This document shows, in pieces, positions 46,878-56,363 of a DNA stretch of 64,000 bases. The notes under the pieces were generated by a model that was not told where the DNA came from, made no database searches, and was given only the letters and a program-made list of their open reading frames with translations. The first letter of the stretch is position 1, and every line of letters begins with the position of its first letter. This stretch comes from Pseudomonadota bacterium (GTDB lineage Bacteria > Pseudomonadota > Gammaproteobacteria > Burkholderiales > Burkholderiaceae_C), in the NCBI GenBank assembly GCA_040387815.1, contig JAZKDA010000120.1, positions 21,041-85,040 of the forward strand, read 5' to 3'. The position numbers were made by a program, and so were the translations under genes.

Positions 46878-47445
46878 GCGCCTCGGCCTGGATCCCCGCC
46901 TGCGCGGGGATGACGAGGTATTTGTCGTCCCCGCGCAGGCGGGGACCCAGGCGCGCGGTACCTGTGCACCAAACATCGCAAGCGAGCGAGAGGCCCCCGC
47001 CTTCAACCCCGCCGCCTACATCCCCGCCCTGCTCAGCATCCTGAACAACCGCCTGTCCTCCGGCGCGTCTGACCTGTACCTGCAACGCTTCGGCGTGGGC
47101 ATCAACGAGTGGCGCATCCTCACCGTGCTCAAGCAGTATCCCGGCTGCACCGCCGGCTTCGTGTCCGAGCAGGCGGCCATTCACCTCACGGTGATCAGCC
47201 GCAGCCTGCGCGGCCTGCAAGACAAGGGATTGGTGGCGGTCGATCGCAGCGCCTGGCAGCGGCTGTTGGCGCTCACACCGGTGGGGCACACGATGCACGA
47301 CCGCATCGCGCGCGTGGCATTGCGGCGCGAGCAGAGGCTGCTGCAGGGTTTGTCGGCGAGCGAGGTCGAATGCCTGCGCGATGTGCTGCTGCGCCTGACC
47401 GCCAATCTCCCGCAAGTGGAGGCGCTGGTGCTCGACGACGCGTGA
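46858..47445 (+). CDS. MarR family transcriptional regulator (start uncertain; REP pair in 5' region)
   Basis: YIPALLSILNNRLSSGAS..FGVGINEWRIL, ISRSLRGL..KGLV, LALTPVG winged helix. Confidence 0.85.
   Translation: MQRSGPERLGLDPRLRGDDEVFVVPAQAGTQARGTCAPNIASEREAPAFNPAAYIPALLSILNNRLSSGASDLYLQRFGVGINEWRILTVLKQYPGCTAGFVSEQAAIHLTVISRSLRGLQDKGLVAVDRSAWQRLLALTPVGHTMHDRIARVALRREQRLLQGLSASEVECLRDVLLRLTANLPQVEALVLDDA
46888..46950. repeat. Inverted pair of REP-like palindromes
   Basis: CTGGATCCCCGCCTGCGCGGGGATGACG (46888-46915) and inverted copy (46923-46950). Confidence 0.85.
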
Positions 47446-47467
47446 TACCGGATCTCAACCGAGGAGA

Positions 47468-48583
47468 TCAGATCGGCGGGTGTTCCTGCACCTCGGGGTA
47501 CTTCGTGTAGCCCTTGCCCACGCCGTATTCGATGATGCCGTAGCCCACCTCGTCGCCGTCACGCACCTCGATCACCTGGTCGGCCAGAGTGCGCAGCTTC
47601 TTGCGGGTGGCCGCATCCGTCAGGTCCCAGGTCTCGTGGGCCGAGAACACGCCCTTGCCCTTGTCGTCCCCATGGAACCAGCCGTCCAGGCCGCCGTACA
47701 GGCCGCCCTTGAGGAAGTAGCGGGTGGGCAGGGCGCGCACCTGCACCGACTTTTGCCGGCCGTCGGCGAACCGGCAGTCGAACACCGCCGATTCCATGCT
47801 CTGGCCATGCGGGTCGGCCAGCCATTTCACCTCGTGCCGAACGTCGGTGAGCTGGTTGCGGGTGGACACCTTGCTGCCCAGGGTGAACACCTCTTCGCCC
47901 GAGATGTAGATCAGGTCGCCGGGCGCGCGCTCCTTGAAGAAGATCACCAGGCCCCGATCCTTGAACTGCACGGTGGTCCAGCAGTAGAAGAAGGGCGGGT
48001 AGAAGGTCAGCGGCGGCGAAGTTTCGTCGGTGCGCATTTCGGACCGTACCCCCCAGGAGTGGTCGCGCTGGCCCAGCCAGTTGTCGCCCAGCTCGATGCG
48101 CTTGCCGTCGTATTCCAGCCAGCCGGTGTAGCGCCCCATCTGCTGCGCCCGCGCCATGTTCTCGGTGATGCGGCCGTCGCGCCGGCGCAAGTGGGCGGTT
48201 TCCTCGTGCGGGTTCATGGTGGCGTGGAACTCGATGTCGAAGCGGATGCCCGAATCGTTCTCGGCCAGCGTCAAGCGGTGGTGCTTGAGGCCCTCGATCA
48301 CCTTGATGGCCAGCGGCCCGATGGTGGTGGTGAGCGGGTCGGGCCGCGCCCGGCGCGACACCCGGAAATTGAACTGCTTGCCGGCCACGGCCACGCCGGC
48401 GAAGGCGTCCATCACATTACGGTTGGGGTGGTAGCCCAGCCCGATGTCGAAAATCACATCGCCGCCCGGCACCGGGTGGCCGGTGTACCACAGGCGCTCC
48501 ATCCAGGCCAGGTCGCTGTTGTCGAGCTGGTCGAAGGTGGTGGGCAGCTGGTGACCGATGAGGTCGTCCTGGGGTGTGAGCAT
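47468..48583 (-). CDS. Conserved hypothetical protein, beta-rich (AttH/CrtC-like fold suspected)
   Basis: Strong codon bias, RBS GAGG; W.ERLWY, QQMGRYTG, GQRDHSWG motifs. Confidence 0.8.
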   Translation of the reverse strand: MLTPQDDLIGHQLPTTFDQLDNSDLAWMERLWYTGHPVPGGDVIFDIGLGYHPNRNVMDAFAGVAVAGKQFNFRVSRRARPDPLTTTIGPLAIKVIEGLKHHRLTLAENDSGIRFDIEFHATMNPHEETAHLRRRDGRITENMARAQQMGRYTGWLEYDGKRIELGDNWLGQRDHSWGVRSEMRTDETSPPLTFYPPFFYCWTTVQFKDRGLVIFFKERAPGDLIYISGEEVFTLGSKVSTRNQLTDVRHEVKWLADPHGQSMESAVFDCRFADGRQKSVQVRALPTRYFLKGGLYGGLDGWFHGDDKGKGVFSAHETWDLTDAATRKKLRTLADQVIEVRDGDEVGYGIIEYGVGKGYTKYPEVQEHPPI

Positions 48584-48610
48584 GGTGAAACCTCGGAGGT
48601 GACGCAGTTG

Positions 48611-48624
48611 GTACGGTAGTGTAC
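48611..48624. promoter_or_regulatory. GTAC-N6-GTAC operator (GTACGGTAGTGTAC)
   Basis: Within an 85-bp divergent intergenic region. Confidence 0.78.
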
Positions 48625-48668
48625 AGTTTGCGTGAAATTCGACCCTGAAACCATAGGAGACAACCCGC

Positions 48669-49478
48669 ATGACGCAGCAACCATCGCCAGAGGCCAAGAC
48701 CGCCATCACCCTCGAAGTTCAAGACGGCCTGGCCATTGTCACCTTGGCCGAGGGCGCCCGCGGCAACCCCTTCGACGGCGCCTTCTGCCACGGCTTCAAG
48801 CTCATCGCCGCCCAGCTGTGCGACATGCAGGACCTGCGTGCGGTGCTGGTCAAGGCAGCGGGCGCCAACTTCAGTTTCGGCGGCGACCTCAAATCCTTCC
48901 ACCCGGTGCGAGAGAACCTGGCGCCGCTGGTGCGGCAATGGACGTCCGACCTGCACATGGGCCTGCAGCGCATCCTGCGCCTGCCGGTGCCCGTGGTCTG
49001 CGCGGTACAGGGCTTTGCCATGGGCGGCGGCGTGGCGCTGCTGGCCGGCTGCGACCTGGTGCTGGCCGGTGCCTCCACCAAGCTGGGCTCGGCCTTCGCC
49101 CAGTTGGGCTTCAGCTGCGACTCGGGCTCCAGCGCCGTGCTGACGGCGCGCATGGGCACCGCCCGCGCCCGCCGCTTCGTGCTGATGGCGGAGGTGCTCT
49201 CGGCCGCCGAAGCCCAGGCCTGTGGCCTCGTCGACCAGGTGGTGGCCGACGACAAGCTGCAGGACGAGGCCCTGGCCCTGGCCCGGCGCCTGGCCAACGG
49301 CCCGACGGTGGCCTATGGCGAGATCAAGCGCCTGTTCCTCAAGGCCCCCGCCACCTCGCTCGAAACCATTCTTGAAGACGAGGCGATCACCCTGGCCCGC
49401 GTGTCCGCCACCGCCGATGCGCAGGAGGGCATTGCCGCCATGATCGAGCGCCGCAAGCCGCGGTTCTTGGGCCGATGA
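48669..49478 (+). CDS. Enoyl-CoA hydratase/isomerase family protein (PaaG-like)
   Basis: FSFGGD, VQGFAMGGG, AFAQLGFSCDSG, ERRKPRF. Confidence 0.9.
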   Translation: MTQQPSPEAKTAITLEVQDGLAIVTLAEGARGNPFDGAFCHGFKLIAAQLCDMQDLRAVLVKAAGANFSFGGDLKSFHPVRENLAPLVRQWTSDLHMGLQRILRLPVPVVCAVQGFAMGGGVALLAGCDLVLAGASTKLGSAFAQLGFSCDSGSSAVLTARMGTARARRFVLMAEVLSAAEAQACGLVDQVVADDKLQDEALALARRLANGPTVAYGEIKRLFLKAPATSLETILEDEAITLARVSATADAQEGIAAMIERRKPRFLGR

Positions 49479-50368
49479 GCGTGCGTGCGGTACCGATCTG
49501 GGACGGCCGCGACCTGGTCGAGCTGCTGACCTTGACACCCGAAGGCGACCACCGCTTCGTCACCCGCTCGAGCGATCCCAACAACAACGGCCGGGCCTAC
49601 GGCGGCCAACTGCTGGCCCAGGCCTTGATGGCCGCCGGCCAGAGCGTGCCCCGGGACCGGTTTCCCACCGCGATCCAGTTCATGTTCCTGCAAGGCACGC
49701 TGGTCGACGAGGCCATCGTGATGGACGTTCGCTCCCTGCAGGAGGGCAAGCGCTTTTCCTCGCGCCATGTGAGCGGCGCCCAGTCCGGCGGCAGCCGGAT
49801 CGTGCTGGACGGGCAGTTCACCTTCGCCACGGCCATGACTGGGCCGTCGCATCAAGCGGCACCCACCGATCCCCTGCCCGACCCTGAAATCCAGCCTGCG
49901 CCCAGCCAGCTTCCGCTGGCCTGGCACGAAGCACTGCTTGCCGCGCTCGGCTACGTGATCGAGGTGCGCGAGGCGCTGGACTTCCGCCTGAACGATCCGC
50001 CTGATCGCTTGATCCCCGACGGCAAGGAGCCGCGTTTTCGCTTTTGGATGCGGGTGCGCCAGCCGCTGCCGGACGACCCGCTGCTGCAGGCGGCCGCCTT
50101 TGCCTTCCTGTCGGACTGGTGGATCAACTACGTGGTGGCGGGCGCGCACCTCGACCAGGCGCTGGCCCAGGGCGGCGTATATATCGCCAGCCTGAACCAT
50201 TCGATCTGGTTCCACCAGCCCTTCAACCCGAACGAGTGGCTGCACTTCGATGCGGTCAGCCCCCAGGCCGGGCGCGGCCGGGGCTTGGTGGTCGGAAGGG
50301 TGCATACCCGTGACGGCCGGCTGGTGGCCAGCGTCACGCAGGAGTCGCTGTTGACCGACAAAGGCTGA
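49475..50368 (+). CDS. tesB: Acyl-CoA thioesterase II
   Basis: YGGQLLAQAL, GKRFSSR, AFLSD, ASLNHSIWFH, VASVTQE. Confidence 0.88.
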   Translation: MSVRAVPIWDGRDLVELLTLTPEGDHRFVTRSSDPNNNGRAYGGQLLAQALMAAGQSVPRDRFPTAIQFMFLQGTLVDEAIVMDVRSLQEGKRFSSRHVSGAQSGGSRIVLDGQFTFATAMTGPSHQAAPTDPLPDPEIQPAPSQLPLAWHEALLAALGYVIEVREALDFRLNDPPDRLIPDGKEPRFRFWMRVRQPLPDDPLLQAAAFAFLSDWWINYVVAGAHLDQALAQGGVYIASLNHSIWFHQPFNPNEWLHFDAVSPQAGRGRGLVVGRVHTRDGRLVASVTQESLLTDKG

Positions 50369-50388
50369 GGGGCCGGCAGGCCCCCTCG
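50367..50388. terminator. 9-bp stem hairpin between convergent genes
   Basis: GAGGGGGCC-GGCA-GGCCCCCTC; no U-tract. Confidence 0.45.
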
Positions 50389-50392
50389 GCGG

Positions 50393-51580
50393 TCAGCCCA
50401 TCTTGCATTCCTTGCTCGGCGGCAGGATGACCTTTTCAGCGGGCTCGACCAGGCGGATGACCACCTCGGCCTTGCCGGGCGACGTGCGAGCGGCCTGCAC
50501 GACCACCAGCGGGCGGACCATCTGATGGTCGGCGGCGCGCATCTGCACCTCGCCAACGACGGTGTTGAGCTTGATCCCCTCCAGCGCCTTGCGCACGGCG
50601 GGGACGTCGGTCGAGCCGGCCTTCTTGATCGCTTCGTTGAGCACGATGAAGGACAGGTAAGCGTCCGCGGCCAGGTAAGCCGGCTTCTTGCCGAAGCGCT
50701 TTTCGAACATGGCGACAAAGTCAGCGTTGGCCTTGCCCGGCAGGCTGGCGTGGTAGCTCTGCGAAGACCAGACGCCCACGGTGGTGTCCGCCTGGCCAGG
50801 GATCAGGATCTCATTGACCATGGAGGAGCTCACCACCAGCTTGTACTTCTCGAACAGGCCGAACGGCGCCTGCTGCTTGGCCAGGTTGATACCGGCCGAG
50901 CTCGGCACGTACATCGCCAGTGCATCAGCCGGCTTGGCCTGCAACTGTGCGATGCTGCCACCGTAGTCGGACGTCGTCAGGGGGGCGTACAGCTCCTTCT
51001 GGAGCGTCGCGCCGATCTCCGGCAGGACGGCCGTGAGCTGCTTGGCCGCATCGCGCGCGGCGGCGATGTCGGACATCATCATGTCGACCGACTTGATGTT
51101 GTTGCGCACCATCAGGTCCCGCCAGACCATCACATGGGCCGAATCGGGCACACCGATGCGAAAGTAATTGGGGTTGCAGGCCTTGCCGGTCAGGTCGTCG
51201 GAGGCGGCCGACGCGTCGAGGTAGATGGCGTTGAGGTCGCGCAGCTTCGCGCTCAGGGCCAGCGAGTTGCCCGAGGGGCTCAGGCTGGTGAAGAAGGACA
51301 CGCCGTGCTGCTGCACCAGCTTCTGGGCGGCGGCGACCGCCGCCGCCGGCGGGCCGTCATGGCCCTGGGTCACCAGCTCATAGCGGCGGCCCAGGGCGCC
51401 GCCGGCGGCATTGAGTGCTTCCACCGCCAGCGTGGCGCCTTCCTGGATCGCGGCGGCGCTGATGGCCAGCGGCCCCGCATCGATGTTGACCACGCCCAGC
51501 TTGATGGTGGGCTGCTGGGCCAGTGCGGGGCCGGCCGCCGCGGCCAGTGCGACGGCGGCTGCTGCAAAAATCTTCTTCAT
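50393..51580 (-). CDS. ABC substrate-binding protein (orphan; paralogue of 40170-41357)
   Basis: AQQPTIKLG, GGALGR, ACNPNYFR, MRAADHQ. Confidence 0.92.
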   Translation of the reverse strand: MKKIFAAAAVALAAAAGPALAQQPTIKLGVVNIDAGPLAISAAAIQEGATLAVEALNAAGGALGRRYELVTQGHDGPPAAAVAAAQKLVQQHGVSFFTSLSPSGNSLALSAKLRDLNAIYLDASAASDDLTGKACNPNYFRIGVPDSAHVMVWRDLMVRNNIKSVDMMMSDIAAARDAAKQLTAVLPEIGATLQKELYAPLTTSDYGGSIAQLQAKPADALAMYVPSSAGINLAKQQAPFGLFEKYKLVVSSSMVNEILIPGQADTTVGVWSSQSYHASLPGKANADFVAMFEKRFGKKPAYLAADAYLSFIVLNEAIKKAGSTDVPAVRKALEGIKLNTVVGEVQMRAADHQMVRPLVVVQAARTSPGKAEVVIRLVEPAEKVILPPSKECKMG

Positions 51581-51624
51581 GATGTCTCCAGGTTGAGGCA
51601 GGGGAAGCGGGGAACCAGGGCCGG

Positions 51625-53186
51625 TCAGCTGATCTTGCGCGCGTGGCCTTCCCAGTGCGGGTCGCGCAGCACGTTCTTGCGCACCTTGCCCACCGGCGTC
51701 ACTGGCAGGGGATCGGAACGGAACTCATAGCTGCGCGGGATCTTGTAGCCGCCGATGTGCAGGCGGCAATGCGCCGTGAGCTCGGCTTCGGTGACGCTGG
51801 CGCCCTCCTTGAGCACCACCACGGCGTGCACGCCCTCGCCCCATTGCGCACTGGGAATGCCGATCACCGCCGCCTCACGCACCGCCGGGTGCATGAACAG
51901 CACACGCTCGACCTCGACCGAGTAGACGTTCTCGCCGCCCGTGACGATCATGTCCTTGATGCGGTCGGCGACGTAGATGAAACCATCCTCGTCCATGGTG
52001 CCGGCGTCGCCAGTGTGCATCCAGCCATCCTTGAGCACCGCCGCCGTCGCCTGCGGGTTGTTGAGGTAACCGTTCATCAGCATGTCGCTGCGCACCACGA
52101 TCTCGCCCAGCGTGTCCGGCGGCGCGGTACTGCCATCGGGCAGCACGATCTTGACCTCATTGCCGAAGGCCGGCTGGCCGGCCGAGCGCAGGCGTTTGGC
52201 CTTGGGGCCGCTGGTGATGTGGTCGCGCCAGCGCAGATGCTGGCGAAGCCGCCGGTCTCGGTCATGCCGAATACCTGGAAGAAACGCCAGCTGGGCAGCT
52301 TCTTCATGGCCTGGGTGATCAGCGCCTCGGGCATGGGGCTGCCGCCGTAGACGCAGGTGCGCAGGCTGCTCAGGTCGTACTTGTCGAAGTCCGGGTGGGC
52401 CAGCAGCATGTTGATCATGGTCGGCACCAGCACCGCGTTGGTCGCCTTGTGCTGCGAGATCGCCTCCATCACCAGCACCGGGTCGAACTTGGGCAGCGGA
52501 ATGTGGGTGCCACCCGCCAGGGTGATGTAGAGCAAGGCGCTCGCGCCGGCAAAGTGAAAGTAGCCGGCCACGTAGACGAAGCTCAGATCCTCGACGTCGG
52601 GCAGCCAGGCCAGGTAGCCCATGCTGGCGACGAACAGGCCGCGGTGCGACATCATCACGCCCTTGGGATGGCCCGTGGTGCCGCCGGTGTAGAAGATCAC
52701 CCACAGGTCTTCGCCATTGCGGTTGGCGTCGGGCATGGGCTCGTGTTGCGCCACCAGGTCCTCGTAGGACACCATGCCCTCGGGCGTCGCGCCCTCCCCC
52801 ATGTACACCACCACCTTGACCCACGGCAGGCGGTCTCTCAGTTCGCGGGCCTGGTCGATGAAGTGCTCATCGACGAACAGCACCGCCGACTTCGAGTCGG
52901 TGAGTGCGTACTCGTTCTCCGCCACGGACCAGCGGATGTTCAGCGGCGCGAACGCGCCGCCCGCCCAGGGCACGGCGAAGAACAGCTCGACATAACGGTC
53001 GGAGTTCATCGCCAGCGCGGCGACGAAGGCACCGCCTTCGATGCCGAACGAGCGCAGGGCGGCGGCCAGGCGCGGTACACGCTGGCCGACTTCGCGCCAG
53101 GTGCGCCGCCGCCCGGCACAGATGGAGGCGACGCCGTCGGGGCGGCAGGTGACGGCCTGCCTGAGGAATTGGGTACCTTGGAACAC
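51625..53186 (-). pseudogene. Long-chain fatty acid-CoA ligase with 1-nt frameshift near 52237
   Basis: N-half (YTGGTTGHPKG, FGMTE) and C-half (HTGDAG, DRIKDMIVTGGENVY, VGKV) lie in different frames. Confidence 0.85.
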
Positions 53187-53201
53187 GGGGGAAACCTCGG
53201 C

Positions 53202-53265
53202 GAAACTTCAATTCGCCAGATTACCGTATACCTGTGTACGACCGGGAAGGGTGTTTTCCCGGATG
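53202..53265 (-). repeat. Triplicated promoter element, copy 1 (operator 53226-53239)
   Basis: AATTCGCCAGA...GTATACCTGTGTAC...GGTGTTTTCCCGGATG upstream of the CoA ligase. Confidence 0.85.
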
Positions 53266-53275
53266 TCTATCAAAC

Positions 53276-54292
53276 TCAGCGGGTGCGGACGCGGCGCAGG
53301 TCGTCTTCAAGCGCCGCCTTCATGTCGGCGCCCAGTGGCGCCCACTGCGCCTCGGTCACCGGTGCCGTCGCCTGGCGCATGCGCTGGATCTCGGCGTCGC
53401 TCACGACGTTGATGATCATGCCCTTGTCCTTCAGGCGACTGGCCGCCTGTTCCACCTGCTGGCGGTTGACCTTGCGCTGCTCGAGGGTGGCAGCCCTGCC
53501 ACAGTCACGCAGCACCGCCTGGTCGGCGGCTGGCAATGTGTCGAAGATGCGCTTGGAGAACATGACGGCGATCGGGTTGTAGACGTGCCGTGTGACGCTC
53601 AGGTACTTTTGCACCTCATAGAACTTCATTGCCTCGATCAGGTTGGTGGGGTTCTCCTGTCCATCGACGGTCTTGGTTTCGAGCGCGGAATACAGTTCCG
53701 GGAACGGCATCGGAATGGCGAACCCGCCCAGGGCCTTGAAGGTGGCCAGCATCACCGGCGTCGGAAGGGCCCGAAACTTCAGGCCCGAGAGGTCTTCCAT
53801 GCGGTTGATGGGGCGGCGCGAGTTCGTCATGTTGCGGTACCCGTTCTCCCAAAAGCCCAGAACCACGACGCCCGCGGCTTCGAGCTTCTGGGTCAGCAGC
53901 GCGCCCGACTTGCCATCGAGCGCGGCGTCCGCCTCCTGTTCGTTCGTGAACAGGAAGGGCAGGTCGAACACGGCGGCCTGCGGAACGACGGTGGCCATGA
54001 AGGACGTGGCGGTGACCACGATCTCGACCGACCCGGTTCGAACCTGTTGCAAAACGGCCTGGTCGTTGCCGAGCGAGCCGTCGAAGAAGTTCTGCATCCG
54101 CAGCTTGCCACCCGACTTCTGCCCGATGCACTGCGCCATATAGGTCATTCCAATGCCCAGGGAGTGGTCCTTGGTTGTCGTCAGGCCCGCCCGGATGGTG
54201 CGCTCCTGGGCGCCGGCGGAACCCGCGGCCAACAGGCCCAATGCGCCGGCCGCGATGGCGACGGCGGACGCGATTTTCTTGAACGTGAACAT
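53276..54292 (-). CDS. dctP: TRAP transporter solute-binding subunit, copy 1
   Basis: FDLPFLF, WENGYRNMTN, GLKFR, PMPFPELY, VDGQENP, FYEVQKY. Confidence 0.95.
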   Translation of the reverse strand: MFTFKKIASAVAIAAGALGLLAAGSAGAQERTIRAGLTTTKDHSLGIGMTYMAQCIGQKSGGKLRMQNFFDGSLGNDQAVLQQVRTGSVEIVVTATSFMATVVPQAAVFDLPFLFTNEQEADAALDGKSGALLTQKLEAAGVVVLGFWENGYRNMTNSRRPINRMEDLSGLKFRALPTPVMLATFKALGGFAIPMPFPELYSALETKTVDGQENPTNLIEAMKFYEVQKYLSVTRHVYNPIAVMFSKRIFDTLPAADQAVLRDCGRAATLEQRKVNRQQVEQAASRLKDKGMIINVVSDAEIQRMRQATAPVTEAQWAPLGADMKAALEDDLRRVRTR

Positions 54293-54319
54293 GGATGTCT
54301 CCTGCTGTGAATGCGAATT

Positions 54320-54382
54320 GAAACCTCAATTCGCCAGATTACCGTCAACCTGCGTACGACCAAGAAGGTGTTTTCCCGGATG
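54320..54382 (-). repeat. Triplicated promoter element, copy 2 (operator 54344-54357)
   Basis: Same blocks as copy 1; upstream of dctP. Confidence 0.85.
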
Positions 54383-54455
54383 ACCTCGCCGATTCAGGGC
54401 CAGGGCTGCCACGTGCGCCGGCCGCTGGCCGCCCCTGGAAGCCGAACGGCTTGAC

Positions 54456-55736
54456 CTACCCCAGCAACCATCTCATCGGTACCAGCACCAGGGCCGGAAA
54501 GGCCACCAGAAGCATGAGAACGGCGGTCTGCGCCAACAGAAAGGGCCAGATTCCCCGCGTGACTTCCGTCATCGTGACCTTGCCCACGCCGCTGACCACG
54601 TTGAGCACGATCCCCACCGGCGGCGTCACCAGCCCGATCGCGTTGGCGATGATGAACAGGATGCCGAAATACACCGGGTCGATTCCGGCCTTGGCGACCA
54701 CTGGCATCAGCACCGGCGTGAGGATCATCAGCGTGGGCGCGAAATCCAGCGCCGTGCCCACCACCAGGACCAGGATCATGATGGCCAGCATCAACAACTT
54801 GGGATCGCCCGAGAAGGGCCGCAAGATCGCCTCGACCTGCGCGGGCACTTCCGACACGGTGATGAACCAGGCCGAGGCCAGGGCCGCGGCAATGGTGAAC
54901 ACGACCACCGCCGTCGTCTTGACGGCATTGACGAACAGGCCGTACAACGCCGACGGTTTCATTTCGCGGTGGATCACAAGGCCGACCACCAGCGCGTAAG
55001 CACAGGCGACCACCGCCGCTTCCGTGGGCGTGAACAGGCCGGTCTTCATGCCGCCGACGATGCCGATCGGCATCAGCAGACCCAGGAAGGCCTCGCGGAA
55101 CGAGCGCAACACCTGCGCCCCCGACTGGCGGGGCAGCGGCTTGACCTGCTCCTTGCGCACCACCCACATCCACGCGATGACCAGCGCCACGCCGAGCATG
55201 ATGCCCGGCACGATGCCCGCCATGAACATCTTGCCGATGGAGACGTTGGAGATGACGCAAAAAACGATGATGGCCACGCTGGGTGGCAAGACCGGCGCAA
55301 TGATGGCCGAGCATGAAATCAGGCCCGCCGAACGCGCAGGGTCGTGTCCCGCCGAACGCATGACCGGCATCACCATGGCCGCCAGGATGGCTGCGTCGGC
55401 GGCGGCCGACCCTGAAATGGCCGCCAGCAAAATGCCGGCGAAGATCACGACCAGGCCCAGGCCGCCACGAATATGGCCAACGCAGGCCATCGCGAACTGG
55501 ACGATGCGCCTGGCCATGCCCGAGGCGTTCATGATCTCACCGGCCAGAATGAAAAACGGAATGGCCAGCAGCGGATAGTTGTCGGCGCCTTCGATCAGCT
55601 TTTGCGCGACGATGGTGATTTCGAGATTGCCCTGGGCCGCCTGCAGGGCGAAGGCGCACACCAGCAGCGCGAAGGCAATCGGCATGCCCAGCGCCATCGC
55701 ACCCATCAGCGCGACCAGGAACACTGCGACGGTCAT
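54456..55736 (-). CDS. dctM: TRAP transporter large permease
   Basis: LLAIPFFILAGEIM, SGSAAAD, PPS, FTPTEA, TPPVG. Confidence 0.95.
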   Translation of the reverse strand: MTVAVFLVALMGAMALGMPIAFALLVCAFALQAAQGNLEITIVAQKLIEGADNYPLLAIPFFILAGEIMNASGMARRIVQFAMACVGHIRGGLGLVVIFAGILLAAISGSAAADAAILAAMVMPVMRSAGHDPARSAGLISCSAIIAPVLPPSVAIIVFCVISNVSIGKMFMAGIVPGIMLGVALVIAWMWVVRKEQVKPLPRQSGAQVLRSFREAFLGLLMPIGIVGGMKTGLFTPTEAAVVACAYALVVGLVIHREMKPSALYGLFVNAVKTTAVVVFTIAAALASAWFITVSEVPAQVEAILRPFSGDPKLLMLAIMILVLVVGTALDFAPTLMILTPVLMPVVAKAGIDPVYFGILFIIANAIGLVTPPVGIVLNVVSGVGKVTMTEVTRGIWPFLLAQTAVLMLLVAFPALVLVPMRWLLG

Positions 55737-56305
55737 ACGCCGGCCTCCGCGGCAACTTCGGCGCCAGTGTGCTCATCGTCGAGTTCAGTCGAGGCCGGGC
55801 CCTCACGCAGCAGCCGAACGATGCGCAGCAGGGAAATGATCCCCATACCGCCACAACAAACGTAGGCGCTGCCATAGACCAGGCTCATGGGAAAGCCCAT
55901 CACCAGCGAGCGCGTGGTCGCACTGATGTCATGCTGCATCGCCGTGCCCCAGACCACCAGGACACAACAGCCCACGACAAACAGCTCGGACACGATGACC
56001 GTGACCCAACGGCCCCGGCGTGAGAGGGCGTTGGACAGCAGGTCGACCTTGATGTGCGTCTTCTCGCGCGCGGCCAGCACTGCGCCGACGAACACCACCC
56101 AGATGAAAAGCAGCCGCGCCAGCTCCTCCGACACGTCCAGACCGGTATTGAAGCCATAACGCAGGATCACGTTGCCCAGCACCAAGGCCAGCATGATCGC
56201 CAGCATCAGCGCCAAGATCGCCTCGGTTGCGGTGAACAGCCGCGTCGTCCACCGCTGGGCAAAGCCGCGGGCTGGATCGGGTGTTCGGGGGTCAGCCGGC
56301 TGCAC
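55733..56305 (-). CDS. dctQ: TRAP transporter small permease
   Basis: NVILRY, SEELARLLFIW, HIKVD; four TM segments; start uncertain. Confidence 0.92.
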   Translation of the reverse strand: MQPADPRTPDPARGFAQRWTTRLFTATEAILALMLAIMLALVLGNVILRYGFNTGLDVSEELARLLFIWVVFVGAVLAAREKTHIKVDLLSNALSRRGRWVTVIVSELFVVGCCVLVVWGTAMQHDISATTRSLVMGFPMSLVYGSAYVCCGGMGIISLLRIVRLLREGPASTELDDEHTGAEVAAEAGV

Positions 56306-56363
56306 GCTTGTGCCAGGTCACGGCCTGTTTCTGGATTGGGGCGCATTGCACGGGGAATCCTTC

